Shown here piece by piece: positions 1 to 17,040 of a DNA stretch of 64,000 nt (position 1 is its first letter; the number at the start of each line of letters is the position of its first letter). Source of the DNA: the human T2T-CHM13v2.0 reference genome, Homo sapiens. Both the position numbers and the translations under genes were made by a program. The stretch lies in NCBI RefSeq assembly GCF_009914755.1, contig NC_060935.1; one strand, 5' to 3'. Under the pieces are notes generated by a model. That model ran no database searches, was not told the origin of the DNA, and saw only the letters and a list, made by a program, of their open reading frames with translations.

Positions 1-1363
1 ATCATACTAAATACAACTTCAGTGCTCACTTTTGGAGAATCACAGGAAAATAATTATTCTGTACACTGGTAAAAGGAAAGAACTGAGATTTTAAACATCA
101 AAAGAGGGAGTCAAGTTATCTGCTGAGAGTATGTAGGAGATGTGGTGGAAGAGAAGGCCCAAGGAAACTGGACAAGTTGAAAATGGGTTTTGGAGAACAT
201 GAGCAACGTGAGAGAGAGCTCAGCATGGAAAAGTAGAAGGACTACATATGGTGTTTAGTATATTTATTCTGATAATATTTAAGTTAATTTGCTGCACTAA
301 ACAGCCATGTATAGAAACTAAGCAAACATGCAATAGGATTTTGCACGGCTAATGCAACAGAAAAAGTTAAGAAAGCAAGGAGTTAGCAATTAAATGAGTA
401 GCTGAAGTTTTCTCCCTTGTCTTTTTAACAAACCTCTTACCCAGATTTACCCTCTTTTTTGACATTCTGCTAAGTAGATATGTTTTCGTTTCAAAGGCTC
501 ACCCATCCTGTGACTTAGCCTCATCCTTTGAGCCTGCTCCATACCACTGCACAGACCACACTTTGTTACCCTTTCACTCTTTTGCATATTTCAGCCAGCC
601 AGCTCTTATGGTGCATTTCTCTGGGTTTATAAATGTGTGCAGCTTTTCGCCATCCCAGTGAAAACAAAAAGCATTTACCTTGTTGCCTTCTCTATCCACC
701 ATCTTATTCCACACCTTTCCTTTATTGTCAGGTTTCTCAAATGAATCTGCAACACCTGTTTTCTCCACCTGAGCGTGAGATCCTTTTACAATCTGATTCT
801 GCCCTAATTATCCTACATGATCATCAAACCCAAGGACTTCTTTTCTATTTTTGCCTTACTTTGAATTGGGAGGTGGACCGACCCTCGGTATTGTTGCTAT
901 CTCTTTCTCCTCTAAATCCTCTCTCCCTTAGGAGCTTAATATGGAGGAGCCTTATATCTGCTACTTACTACTTTTGTGACTTTTGTCACTAAAATAATAT
1001 TAGTGATATGTATTGGGCACTTACTACAAACTTCAATAAGCAGTTTAGACACTGTATCTCAGTTAATTCCTTGACAATCCTATAAGAATAGTATTATTAT
1101 TTTTATTTCATCCCAGTAGTGGTGAGATAAGAGGTGACTTTTTTCATTCTGCCTTTTATAAAAAGAAAAATTTCTCTTTAAACATATTTAATTCCCTTCA
1201 ATCATATCACCATACTGATTCTTCTTTTACCCTTGTAATTGCTTCTTTGTGGCTGTCACTGGTTCTTCTTTTTTCTGCTCTTCTGAATGTGATTTTCCTC
1301 TAGGCATCTGTCCTTGAATCTTTCCTAGTGTCTTTGTGTCTGTGAAGTCAATGTGTCCCAAGG

Positions 1364-1545
1364 CAGGGCTTTTCAAAGTGTGGTCCCCAGACAAGCAGCA
1401 TTAGTACTTGCCTTATTAGAAAAAAAATGATCTGGCCCAACATCAGACCTACAGCACCAAAAACCCTGGGTGTGGGGCCCAGCCATCTGTGTTTTAACCA
1501 GTCCTCCAGGTGATTGTAATGCATGTTGAGTACTGAGAATTACTG
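1364..1545. mobile_element. MER5A-like hAT-Charlie DNA transposon fossil (a second MER5-like piece follows to ~1707)
   Basis: Resembles recalled MER5A: CAG..TTCAAAGTGTGGTCCCCAGAC..GGGGCCCAGCCATCTGTGTTTTAAC..CTCCAGGTGATT..TGAGAATTACTG. Confidence 0.7.
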
Positions 1546-2689
1546 TTCTAACGTATGAAGCACAGACCACCTGCATCAAAATCACTGGAGTGCTGGTGGA
1601 ATATACAAATTCTTGGGCCCCATCCTAAACTCATTTCATTAGAGTCTCTAAGGTCAGAGCCAGCCACTGCAAGATACTCCCTTTCACACTAAAGTCTAAA
1701 AATCTGTACTCCATGCCCTCTCTCAGAGATAAACTAATGAGGCTTCAGTTACAGTTTCTTCACAAATGATCCCTAAGCCTGTACCTCCAGGCCTTATTTT
1801 CAGTTGACTATTAGGCATGTCCACCAATTTTTTGGCTACTACTTCAAAGTCAGTATGTATTCTAATACGATGCCCATTATTCCTTTTACCGCCTGCAAAT
1901 GACTTCTGACTTTTTTATTTCTGTACCAATCGTTCAGGCCTAAGCCTCATTAACTAGGAGTTGTCTTTGTCAAATATAACTCCCTGACTACAAATCCAAT
2001 TTGTCCTTTATATTTTTGCTTCAACATTTTTCTAAAATACTTTTTGCTTTTCATGAATATTACTATTACTCTATTTCTCAGCTAGAAATTACATCACGCT
2101 TTTCTTTAAGAATTTTTTGGGGGAAGGTAATAAATACAATGCTAAGATTCTGGGTCACAAGTTCATTGGAATTGGGTATGAACTATTAATTGTTGGATCC
2201 AGGACTGAAATATAGGTCTCTTGTTCAAAATCCCAGTATCTTTGCAGTAAGCTATGTCCTGCTAAATATTTGATTTTAAGATAACTCCTCCTGATTCTTC
2301 TATTATTTGACACAGAACAGAGTCTGGTATAAAGCAAATTTGTCTTGGATCCCATTCATGGGGATTTAGTAACTGCAATACCAACTAGATCGCAGAATAT
2401 CCCTTCACAAGAAGTGTTAACACATATTGCTTGTGGCCAGAGCAGACTGAACTCTAAATATAGCAGTGCATGGTGATTAAAGAAGAAAAAAAGATTAAAT
2501 CACTCCATTGACAACAGCTTTAGGAGAGATGGAGCGAAAAGAGCCTCCTAAAAAATGTAAGAAACCATTCACATGGATTGTATTCAGCATTCATGACATC
2601 ACTGTAGCATTACCATATTTTGGGGCAGCTTTCCTTTAATTATATCTCTCACTACTGTTATAATAATTATATTGCTCATTTGTTAGAGT

Positions 2690-2850
2690 CACAAATGTTA
2701 GTGTTGAAGAGTACCTTGGAGGTCATCTATTACCTACTCCACTGATGAAGAAAACTGAGGCCAAGAAAGGTGAAAAAGGCTTTCTCAAAGTTATGCAGCT
2801 AGTTAGTGACAAAGCAGGAGATGTGAAAACCCAAATCTCTGGACTCTCAA
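2690..2850. mobile_element. MIR SINE fragment
   Basis: MIR core-like GATGAAGAAAACTGAGGCC..AAAGTTATGCAGCTAGTTAGTGACAAAGC. Confidence 0.6.
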
Positions 2851-3501
2851 CCTTCTGCTTTCTTGTTCTTCCTCTGAGAGCAGGCAGGAAGCATGACAAA
2901 TGATGGAGAACAGAGAGGTATGCGGGACAGCTCAGCAGGAAATGCTGAGACAGAGTTAAGGGCCAGAGAGTTAGAACGAGAAGAAAGGAAATGGTGTCAC
3001 TTAGGTCAAGTATAAGAATAGAATTTCAGGGAGGGCAATATCAAATTTCCAACAGCTCTGCACACAATTTCACAAAGTAAATAGGAAAAAAAAAATCCAA
3101 ATAATATGCCTTTTTTTAAATTTAAAAAGCTTTATATGCAATATGTAAACTTCACCCTAAAAATGCCTAGATATTTATTTCTTCATGGCATGTGGCAGTG
3201 CATATCTGACAACCAGCGATAACTGCTACTGATCCTTAGCTTTGTTCTGTGACCAATAGACCAAAATTAGATCAATAATTTGAGATTTCACATATGACCT
3301 CAAAGGGACTATTAGAGGTAGCCCAGGAAATAATGTATTTCATGGAAATATTATAGTGTTCATTATAAATGATATATACATTTTGAAGTTCACTATTATG
3401 CCTACAGTAACACAATATAATCGCTAGATATTTTGTTTTACTTTCCCCATGTGTATAGAGGCTTTGTTTTGCAAAGTTCATCTGATTCCCAAATTAGATC
3501 C

Positions 3502-6281
<2,780 letters not shown>

Positions 6282-6728
6282 GATCCCAAAGGCAATCTCT
6301 CTTTCTGCTTTCAATCAGCTCCTACAGGACCCAGAAAAATAAAAAAGTGTTCCTTGCCCCCTGCAAATATGGTAAATAGCAAACAGAGTTCAGATTTTCA
6401 AAATCTGTGTACTCAATGTCACACACACATACACACATACATAAACATTTGCTAACAAGTCTATTGCCAAGATTACTTAAAACTGAAAATTGTTTAAGAT
6501 ATTGTTTGAGTTCTACGCTAACAAACACTGGACATCTTTCAAGTGTCTTTGGTGATTTCACTGCTAATTCTCTGCTACATGTGCTATAAGATGGTAGATC
6601 TAGGAGCCAACATTGAACTCATCTATAACGCACTGTCTTCCCACAGTGCATTACAGAGTGCCTGGGAACTAATAGCTTCCATCCCAGCACTGTGAGAGAA
6701 CATTGTAAGGAAAAGTTTAGAGGCAGGA

Positions 6729-7218
6729 TGTTGGGAGCAAGCCCCACAAAGACTGGCCATAAACTGGCCCCAAAACTGGCCATAAACAAAATCTCTGCAG
6801 CACTGTGATATGTCCGTAATGACCCTACATCCAAGCTGGAAGGTTGTGGCTTTACAGGAATGAGGGAAAGGAACACCTGGCCCGCCCAGGGTGGAAAACC
6901 ACTTGAAGACATTCTTAAGCCACAAACAAAAGCATGAGTGATCTGTGTCTTAAGGGCGTGTTCCTGCTGCAAATAATTCAGCCCATCCCTTCGTTTCCCT
7001 TAAGAGATACTTTTAGTTAATTTAATATCTATAGAAACAATGCTAATGACTGGTTTGCTGTTAATAAATATGTGGGTAAATCTGTGTTGGGGGCTGTTGG
7101 CTCCGAAGGCTGTGAGACCCCTGATTTCCCACTTCACACCTCTATATTTCTGTGTGTGTGTCTTTAATTCCTCTAGCACCATTGGGTTAGGGTCTCCCCA
7201 ACCAAGCTGGTCTTGGCA
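6729..7218 (+). mobile_element. ERVK-class solo LTR, MER9-like (HERV-K9/HML-3)
   Basis: TG...CA ends; 490 bp; 6-bp TSD GCAGGA (6723-6728, 7219-7224); repeated CTGGCCATAAAC motif; internal AATAAA. Confidence 0.8.
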
Positions 7219-7440
7219 GCAGGAAATTTGAAGGACTATTCTGTTTCTTCACCAGTCCACAACCACCTACAATTCGCCTTTAATTTTGCTACCATATTTA
7301 GCTGCCTAAAACATAGATGTAATCAATCATTTTTTTTTATGCTCAAAAACTTTCAATTACTCACCATTACTTGAAGAATAATTTTCCACCTCCTTACACA
7401 TCATTTTAGATCCTCCTGGCCAATCATGGTCCTTATGGTC

Positions 7441-7772
7441 TGATATGGTTTGGCTCTATATCCCAACCCAAATCTCATCTAGAATTGTAATCCCCAGGTC
7501 TTGAGGGAGGGACCTGGTGGGAGGTGATTGGATCATGGGGGCAATTCCCCAGTCCATGCTGTTCTCTTGATAGTGACTGAGTTTTCATGAGATCTAATGG
7601 CTTCTCTCTCTCTCTCCTGTTGCCTTGTGAAGAAGGTGCTTACTTCCCTTTCTGCCATAATTGTAAGTTTCCTGAGGCCTCCCCAGCCATACAGAACTGT
7701 GAGTCAAACCTCTTTACTTTATAAATTACCCAGTCTCAGTTCTTTAGAGCAGTGTGAAAATGGACTAATACA
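7441..7772 (+). mobile_element. MaLR solo LTR (THE1D/MSTA-like)
   Basis: Starts TGATATGGTTTGG, ends GGACTAATACA; near-TSD TGGTC/TGATC. Confidence 0.85.
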
Positions 7773-8650
7773 TGATCCTTGTCTCATAAAATTCCTACCA
7801 GCTTTCTCATCACTCTCACAATGCTCTCATTCATACCAGAACGTATTTGTTTCTTTGCTTCTGCCCACACCTCACACAAACTTTCTCCCTTCTTCCCCAT
7901 TATCACCTGTGGGAGTCATTACTTTAAATGCCCTTCTTTCATGAAACTATCCCACCAGTTAGAAACAGTTTTATCCTTGTACGAACCCCCAAATCATGTC
8001 TCCAAGTATCCTTTCTAATACACATGGGCATCCAGGCCTGGGGGTCCCCAACAGAGGAATATACAAAGCCCAGACTTATGGGCCAAGATAGCCACACACA
8101 TATGTTCAAGGTAATTTCTAGTATGGGATGGAGCCAAGAGTTGAAAGAAAGCATAACTTTATTTTTAGCTTGAAGAATGTATTGTAAATATTTAGGCACA
8201 TAGTATGTGGGTATGTGGGCCTCTTGACCTGGGCCCTGCAAATGTTAAGGACAGGCACAAACAGAATGGAAAATTTTGGAAAAATTGTGAACTCCTTGCT
8301 ATTCCAAGTGTTCAAGAACAGATTAGGCAACCTCTAGGCTGGTGTTGTTTTCTTTCTCCTCCTCCTTCTTCTTCTTTTTAACCTTTTAAAATATAACCTT
8401 CTGGGGACCTAAAAGGCAAAGTTGTAATTTCAAATTCTCATTCCCCTCTGTGGTCTGTGCTGGAACGCAGCCGCATGAAACCTGACACCGAGCTCCCACA
8501 CTCAGATCTGCAGCTCAGGGCTTGCCCTCACTGTCTTTTCACCCCACCCTTGACTACATCCCACACTATGTGGGACTTTGTATATGTGTGTTCAATATTG
8601 AAAATTTTACCTAAGCATAAAAAATTCCATCACCGAAAAAGATGTGTGTG

Positions 8651-8855
8651 TATATATGTAATATATGTATATATGTAATATGTGTATATATGTAATATGT
8701 GTATATATGTAATATATGTATATATGTAATATGTGTATATATGTAATGTGTGTATATATGTAATATGTGTATATCTGTAATATGTGTATATATGTAATGT
8801 ATGTATATATGTAATATATGTATATATGTAATGTATGTATATATGTTTATGTATG
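8651..8855. repeat. 17-bp AT-rich minisatellite (TATATATGTAATATRTG), ~12 copies
   Basis: Periodicity read directly; explains the repetitive ORFs 8611-8910 and 8630-8917. Confidence 0.9.
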
Positions 8856-9236
8856 TATAAAATTCCATCACCCAAAAAGATATGTATATATATGCATGTA
8901 TGTTTCTCACAGTGCAAAACTGAAAACAGCTAAGTATTCATTAATGAAGGATTAGTAAATGTAATATGGTATATGGTATGGCCATTTAGTGGAATATGAT
9001 GTTAAAATCTTAAATGTAAATTTGATATGAAAAATATTCACATATTATTAAATTTAAAAGGTTAAATATAATATGCATAATATGTTCCCATGTTTGTTAA
9101 ATGCATATTTAACATGAAAAACAGACACATTATCCTGTTAAATGTAAAAGCTGGTTAACTGTAGTATGTGCAATATAATCCCATGGTTGTGCTATGTGGA
9201 TTATATTTTATAAGTGATTAATATATACTCTTATAC

Positions 9237-9276
9237 ACTCTCTCCTTCTCTCTCTCCCTTCTTCTCTCTCTCTCTC

Positions 9277-9314
<38 letters not shown>
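9237..9314. repeat. (CT)n(CA)n compound microsatellite
   Basis: Read directly. Confidence 0.9.
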
Positions 9315-9428
9315 TCAGAATATCTGGACTAAGATTGACTAAGAGGTTAACAGTAGTGTTATGTGTGGGCAGTGGGATTTCTGTTTATTTTTGGCTTTTT
9401 TGTTTGGTTGCTTTTGGCTTTGTCCTAA

Positions 9429-9794
<366 letters not shown>

Positions 9795-11739
9795 AGACAT
9801 ACTTATAAATAAAATAAAAATTATTATACACAGAGTCTAGGATGGTTATTTAGAAATGGGGTCATGAATGTTTAAACTGCAGCTGAGGCAATGAAAATGG
9901 AAAATAAGGGTAAAATGTGAGAGACACATTGCTTAGAAGTGAGTGTGAAAGGAGGGAACAAGGATGATTCCAAGAATAGTGAAAAGGTTAAGTTAGGAAA
10001 GTGGGAACTGATTTGAGAGTAGTAACTAGATTTGATTCTGAACATATTGGTTTAATTGGATGACAGAGAATTGTATAAGAAATGTATAAGACAGAGAATT
10101 GTACAGAAATATACAAGAGAGAATTTGAGCGTTTAAGGTGATGTCAGACTGGAGATATAGGCTCACAAATTTAGAAAAAATAAAACATATAGTTGAAGAC
10201 CAATAACAGAGACCCAAGGAAAACAGAAAAAAAAGAAAGAAAATCAGAGCCTTGAAGAGTTCCCAAATTTGTAAGCAGAAGAGAAATCAATGAAGGATAA
10301 AGAGTTATTAAAGTCATAATTCATAAATTGATAACCCAGAGGGGAAAACAGTTCTGTACTTAAATAATGGAGTGGGTTAAAAAATTTTACATAGAGATAT
10401 GCAAAGTCAATGTAGACTTGTTTTTCCAATATAACTTTTTTGTAAGCTTCCATTAAACTAACTACATTGGGAGGAGTAGGGACAGAAAGAGTAACATTAA
10501 CTAGTATGTATCTGAGTCTTTTGGGCTTTTTCTTCCTCCCTCATCCCTTCTTAATTTGACAGCCAGGTAAAAGTTTTGTGAAAAACTGGGGTTTACATGA
10601 AGTCTGAGACATTTATGCACATCTCTTCCCAACTCTGTGTTCACTAACATGCTGATAACCGGAAATCAAGCATGGTGTCAGTATTGACTCCACAGCAATT
10701 ATCATATGCTCTAAGTCAGAACTTTGTTTTGCGAGAGGAGGAGAGAAAGAAAGAGAGAAAGAGAGCTGGCTACACATTTAGCAGGACACCACACTTTATA
10801 TGCCTAATGGCAGTGAGCAACATGAGATTCTCTTACTATCCTTTAGGTTCTCTGATCTCAGATCTGTCCGTCATCTGCCTGGGCACTGGTCAGCTTGCTA
10901 ACAGCCACTGAGAATGTCTGCAGCTGGTCAGTGCAAGACCCAGTCTCTTGGCTTAGGCAGAGCCCAGGGGTCTTTTCTTGCTGACTCAGCCTCACCTTAC
11001 TCTCATCAGTAGTAAAGATAACTCTGAGACCCCCCTACAATGTCCTCACTAGGACCTCTGGCTGGAGAGTCTCCTGCCTCTGCCTTCTGCAGTGACCTGC
11101 TTCACTCATCTTCAGCAGGAGGCCTGCTGGCTATCTATTCTTCTATTTCCCTCCTCTCCCATAGGTCTTATAAAAATTCCTAGGACTTGTCTATGCCATT
11201 TGGAAACTAAAAGAGGTTCAAAACTACTAACTTAGTCTCTGTCTGCCCCAACACTCCACACTGTGATTTTCACTCTGATGCCACCCCTCCTCTAGTCGGT
11301 ACTGTAGCATATTGGTGGTCTCGCAGAGTTCTGACCAGAAAATGAGGCAAAAGACCCTCTCCTTTGGCTTTTCCTCACATCCTATCGATCTACTAATCCT
11401 TCGCCACAAGCTCTAAGCCTAAAAGTGAAGCCATTCCACACATATCTGGCCATCTGTCCTCTTCCCTTTAACTATCTTCTTCCCACTCCTCCATCCAGAA
11501 GGGTCAGGCTTTCCTTCATAAGGCAAAGACTACGTTCCACCATCTCTTTAGATATCTCTACTATGGCCTATAGTAATCTTAACTTTCAACAAAGCCTGCT
11601 GCTCAAGACTATTGCCTTCCTAGGGGCCAAAATAAAATATTATTTAACAGTCAAAACAGAGTAATGTCTTTATCATTCTAATTTGCACCACCCTTCCCTT
11701 AACGCACCAAAACTCATTGCTTCAAAAGGTGGGAACCCT

Positions 11740-12094
<355 letters not shown>

Positions 12095-15000
12095 TCAGGT
12101 GTAGGAAAATCTGTAAAATATTTTTAATATGATCTCATTATGTAAGTTTTGGAAATGAGCTACTGAACAAAGTTAAACAGATTTCTTCAACTTAGAAAAA
12201 ATTTAAGATTCATATACATTGTAAATTTCTAAGACAGGGATAGAGTATGCAGCATTTCCCAAATTCATTTGATAAAGAAAAGATTTTTCAAGGATCACCT
12301 TGTGGAATTAATTTTCTATGGAATAAATTTCTTTTGAAGACATTGAGTTACTCAAGAGAACCAAAATAATATTGTGACCAGAGAGAGAAGGGAGAAGAAT
12401 TTTTCCAATGAAAAGAATAGCTTGTTCTTGGTGGTCTCCATGTGTCTCAAAAACCCAAAATTATTTCTGTTAGAGAAGGTAAACTGGCATTAATTAAACA
12501 GATCATCTGAACATAATCATGTGCTATTTATGACAATGTTAAGGGCTTTTGGTAACTTCATTATTGATTTTTCTGCCATGAGCACTTAATGATTGAGTAG
12601 GCTATTCCTTAGGGCTTCAATAGTAACTTCACAGATTGAATATGTTAATAGAACTGTAAAAGTGATTAGTTTAATCCTGTTGAGCGATTCGTGCAATGGG
12701 AAAACCTGAAAGAAGGCAGCTCTGTAAGGGATTAGACTCTCTATTATCTGCTTTACAGATTACCTTCCCAGAGCTAAGAGCACTGTTTAACATTCATCTT
12801 CTCTTACTTTCTCACTTGCTTTTTCTTACTGTTATCCACAACCCAATAGGCACTAGATGGAGAGACATTCGGTTGCTATTATAACAGATTTTTATTTTAA
12901 TATCTGTAACTATTCTATTATCCTACTGACATTCAAATTAATCTACACAACTCCAAAAAGTGGTCAAACATGAAGAACCTGAGGCAACACAGATTGACTT
13001 TTGGTAGTGTGGTCATGATGTCCCCAAAGTCAAAGTTTGGATTGAATTTTCACTGGAGCCACATCTTTGCTATTCCACTGGGTGTCCCCTTCACTCCAAG
13101 GTAAAGCACCAGAGCCATAGCTCTGTCTTCTTTGCCTCTCAGCTCCCTTGGATGACTCAGATGGACATGACGTCTGGGTGCCTACCTCTGACCCAGCCTG
13201 TCCCCAGTGGGTTGCCATGGAGAGAATAAGCTGACTATAGGCCCAACTTCACCAAAAAAGAGCATTTTGAACAGTGCTTCACAGCCTGCCAGAGACAAGG
13301 GAAAACAGAATAAACACTTTTTAGTATGCAAGACATTCCTTGCAAAAATATTAAATTTTTTTTAACCATCTTCTGCTACTCTATGGCTGGGCATGCAAAA
13401 AAGTTAACAGATGATCTCATGGCTTGTACACAGATAACATAAGTATGGCATATATAATATACATTATAAGCCATAAAAAGTTTATAAATATAAGCATGGC
13501 TATGCAAATGTTATACAGATGTGTATATTTAAATATCTATTTCTTTTTGAATTTACAGATTTCTAGCTGAATGACAATGTTCCATTAAAAAAGAAGGAAG
13601 CTTGTCTACTCAGAACACAAAGAGAGCCCTGGCAATGGGTGTTACCAAACTCAAATGCAATCTAGACAATCTACCTTGTCATATATGAATTCCTATAATA
13701 TTTTTCAAAAGTAGGGTGATATTATCATGACAATAAAGTATAAATTCATTTAAAAGAATTACTGATACCACAGTATCTTTGTGTTTATTATGCAATTTTT
13801 AAATCAAAATGCTAAAAGTGCAACTGTTTTCTGGAGAATCCATGAAATGTTCTGACATGAGAAGGAAGGTTATAAAATAATGAAATTAAAGGTGTTACAA
13901 TTTTCTTCTTTTCACTTGTCTTCATTTTCTAATTTTTCTAAAATAAGCATATGATACTATTATAATAAGGAAAAAATGTTTTACTCAAAAAATTTGGAAG
14001 CCATTACAATAGGTATCAGGACTCAGGTAATTAAATAGGGTAGGTGCAGGGATATTTGGTTTGAAGGTGTTCCAAGCAGATGACGCAGCCCAGAAAACAA
14101 ATCACCAAGATTTGGGGAATAGGCAAATTTGAGAGAAATTTTTAAGGGAAGGGAAAACTTAGCAAGTGGAAAACTGAGAAGAGAAAGTGTTCAGTAGTTT
14201 AAATAGCAGGAATCAGGGCGCAGAGGCAAGGTTCTGCCTGGTAGGCCAAAGGTTCACTGTGTCAGTTGGCAGCACCCACATGTTCTGTAGGTAGTTAAAG
14301 ACACACTGGTTAGGAATGTCCAGGTTCAGCAGAGCCATGAATGCGCAACACACATAGCATTTAGGGAATGGAGGGCTACTACAGATGTTTTGATCCAGAC
14401 AGTGACATGTACAAATGAGAAGGTCAGTGGGATAATAAACAACAAGAGAAAAAGAGAGAGCAGCTGTAGCCAGGCTTCTGTTTCTCATGTGAGAGATAAA
14501 GCAGACAATAACCCACACAACTAGACTGTTTCCATGAGGAACTTACAGGAAATTCCCAGTCACCTGTGGATTAAATGATAAAGCCTCTTGATCTGCTTAA
14601 GGACATTCAGTAACTTGCCCGCCACACTCTCTCTTCCCCTCAAATCCCCAGTGCTCCTCTCTCTACTCATCTTAGGCATGAAATTAAGGTCTCCTTGCTG
14701 TCCCCTAGGACTCCAGGACCCTCCCCTTTCTGAAATGCCACTGCAGGCGTTTTCACCCCTCTAGTGCAGTGCAATTCCAAGAGCTCGCTGAGGAATGGGG
14801 CAGGCTGTCTGTGGAGCAGAAGACAGGAAGGTGTTCTAGGCAGGTGGTCCAGGCTGGAAAACAGATCAGAAGAGGGAGAAAATAGTACTATGTCTCAGAC
14901 AATGAACTCAGCAGATACTCTGAAGAGAGCCAACTTTTCATGAGGGGTGAGTAGGAAGATGGCAGGCATAAGATGGATCATTTAAAAGTGGCACTTGCCA

Positions 15001-15834
15001 TCAAACTAGCAAATAGCCAAGTTAGCTGATATGAATTTCACCTCACCTCCTTTTTTATCTTTTTCTTTTATTCATTCTTGCATTCAATGTACATTTATTG
15101 AATATTTAATGTCACCCCAGAACACAAGCCCCTTGCTAGCCATAGGAAACTGCTAAAATTTGAGCACTGCCTGGAAATCGTGCTTCTGTATAACTTTATT
15201 TGTTAATGTATATTCCTTTCTTTATAACGGCAGCCTTAACAAATCACAAATATATTTGTGAAATTCTCCCATATATACCAAAAGATTGCACCTCTGTTGA
15301 GATGCATAAGGGGCATAATGATCATTAAAAAATAAAATGGGTCTCAAACAGATTGACCACATATGAGCGATAAAAGTAGGAAGTGAACAAGTCTGAATCC
15401 CCATTCACATCCCATTTTATGTATGAAGTAAATACTTATGAAGTGCATAGCCTGCAAGATAAAACATGGGAAATTTTCTACAAGAGGAAATTGGATGTCT
15501 TGATGAGCCTTAAAGGATTTAAGGTATAGTCAAAAAAGAGGAGCAAAGCTCTGGATTCTATACTTCCTTGTGAAAAAGAGCAAATCTTTTGTTTAAGTGC
15601 CTTGCACATAATAGGTCTTCAGATATTTGTGAAGTGAACCAAACAAGCCAGATACCGAAAGCATTTCATTACATAAGTTCCAAAGAACTCAGGTACAACC
15701 AAAGGAATGGAGGAAGAAGAACTCTAAAGTGACTAAGATTAAGTTTTTGCTATTGGAGAGAATGGAGCTTGCAATGAATAAATGAAGTTGTATTTCTTTG
15801 CCCCCTGACATTTGGGACTGAGATTCACATCTGC

Positions 15835-15990
15835 TACTATACTTTCACATATATTATTTCATTTGCTCTTTATAGTAACCCTGTGAGAAAAGTATAGCGG
15901 ACGTTATTATTATCACTATTTTACAGAGGAAAAAACTGAAGTCCAAAGAGTTTAGGACAAGGATTCAAATCCAGAATTTTTGCCCACTTT
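15835..15990. mobile_element. MIR SINE fragment
   Basis: ATTATTTCATTT..AACCCTGTGAG..ATTTTACAGAGGAAAAAACTGAAG..GGATTCAAATCCAG. Confidence 0.6.
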
Positions 15991-17040
15991 TTCTTCTAGC
16001 TAGCACATAATTTTGTCCTGCTCTGGTCAACTACTTCCTCCAAGAGCCTAACCTTCAGGGCACGGTGTTTTCTTGAGAATGTATGATTTTCTCTCCCAAG
16101 CCTCATCCAAGTTCTCAGTTTTGCCCTTTGGATCTCTGGAAAAAGATGGAGTTTTGTTTTGTTTTGTTTTGCTTTATTTTGGCTTGGTTCCAAAGGTTTC
16201 TCTGTCATAAACATTGGAAGGCTTGGCGATGAGCTATTTTGGAACTTCAGTGTCATAGTCCAAAGGAAAGGCAGAAAGCACTAGGGAAGTGAAGGCTGGA
16301 AAAGCAATAAACCTAATTACAGAGTACAAAGAGACATGGTGAACTTGTCCTTGATTCTATCTACTGTCCATATCCGTGAGGACTCATTCCAGGGAGGAGA
16401 CTGCAGCAGCAGGCGAGGTAGTGAGACCAATTGAAGTCACATGGCTGCAGCATGAGAGTTTCAGAGATCAGTCTGTTGGAAGCAGGACTCCAGCCAGAAC
16501 CAGCAGTTGGAAATACACACATTAGAGTCTAGCTATGAAAGACGGAGAATTTCTCTGAGCTTGGCATTCTGCCAGGGCCCCGGATAAGTGTGTTGATATT
16601 TAGGGCAGTGTTGCATTCCAACCAGGGACAAATGTACCCAGTAGAAAACAAAGTAGCCTGGGCCACATCCACTTAGTGGGCACCTGGGGCTGACTGTCAC
16701 CTCAAGAACATGTGACACTGGTCCTTGAACAGCAGAATTTAAGTTCCAACATAAGAAGAATGGCCAAATCACACCGGAAAAAAGAAACACAGAGAAACAA
16801 TATTGAGAGGACGGGGCTCAGAAATGGGGAGAGGAGGAGCCAAGTGCTTGTTTTTAGTAACAGAAAATAATTAGATATTGTCAAAGAGTGATCAAGAATT
16901 CGAAATAAAAATACTTAGAAATACAAAGATGAATACCAGAAGGAAACAGAACAAAAATTAGTTACCTCTAGAGAGTGAAACTAGAAGATGTTTGCAGGGA
17001 GGCTGCTAGTTTTATTATATGCCTTATAGTACTATATTTT

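Noticed and set aside
574-812. Minus-strand ORF 574-768 with a donor-like AAG|GTAAAT near 678
   Set aside because: No convincing polypyrimidine acceptor, and the peptide is not recognisable
2335-2480. Peptide FVLDPIHGDLVTAIP followed by LDR looks faintly like a cadherin repeat
   Set aside because: Needs two assumed frameshifts and lacks the other cadherin motifs; probably chance (tBLASTx would settle it)
8621-8887. Repeat-spacer-repeat layout considered as a CRISPR-like array
   Set aside because: Only two copies, the spacer is a tandem repeat, and the context is mammalian with no cas genes
8611-8917. His/Ile/Tyr-repeat ORFs
   Set aside because: Translation of the 17-bp minisatellite
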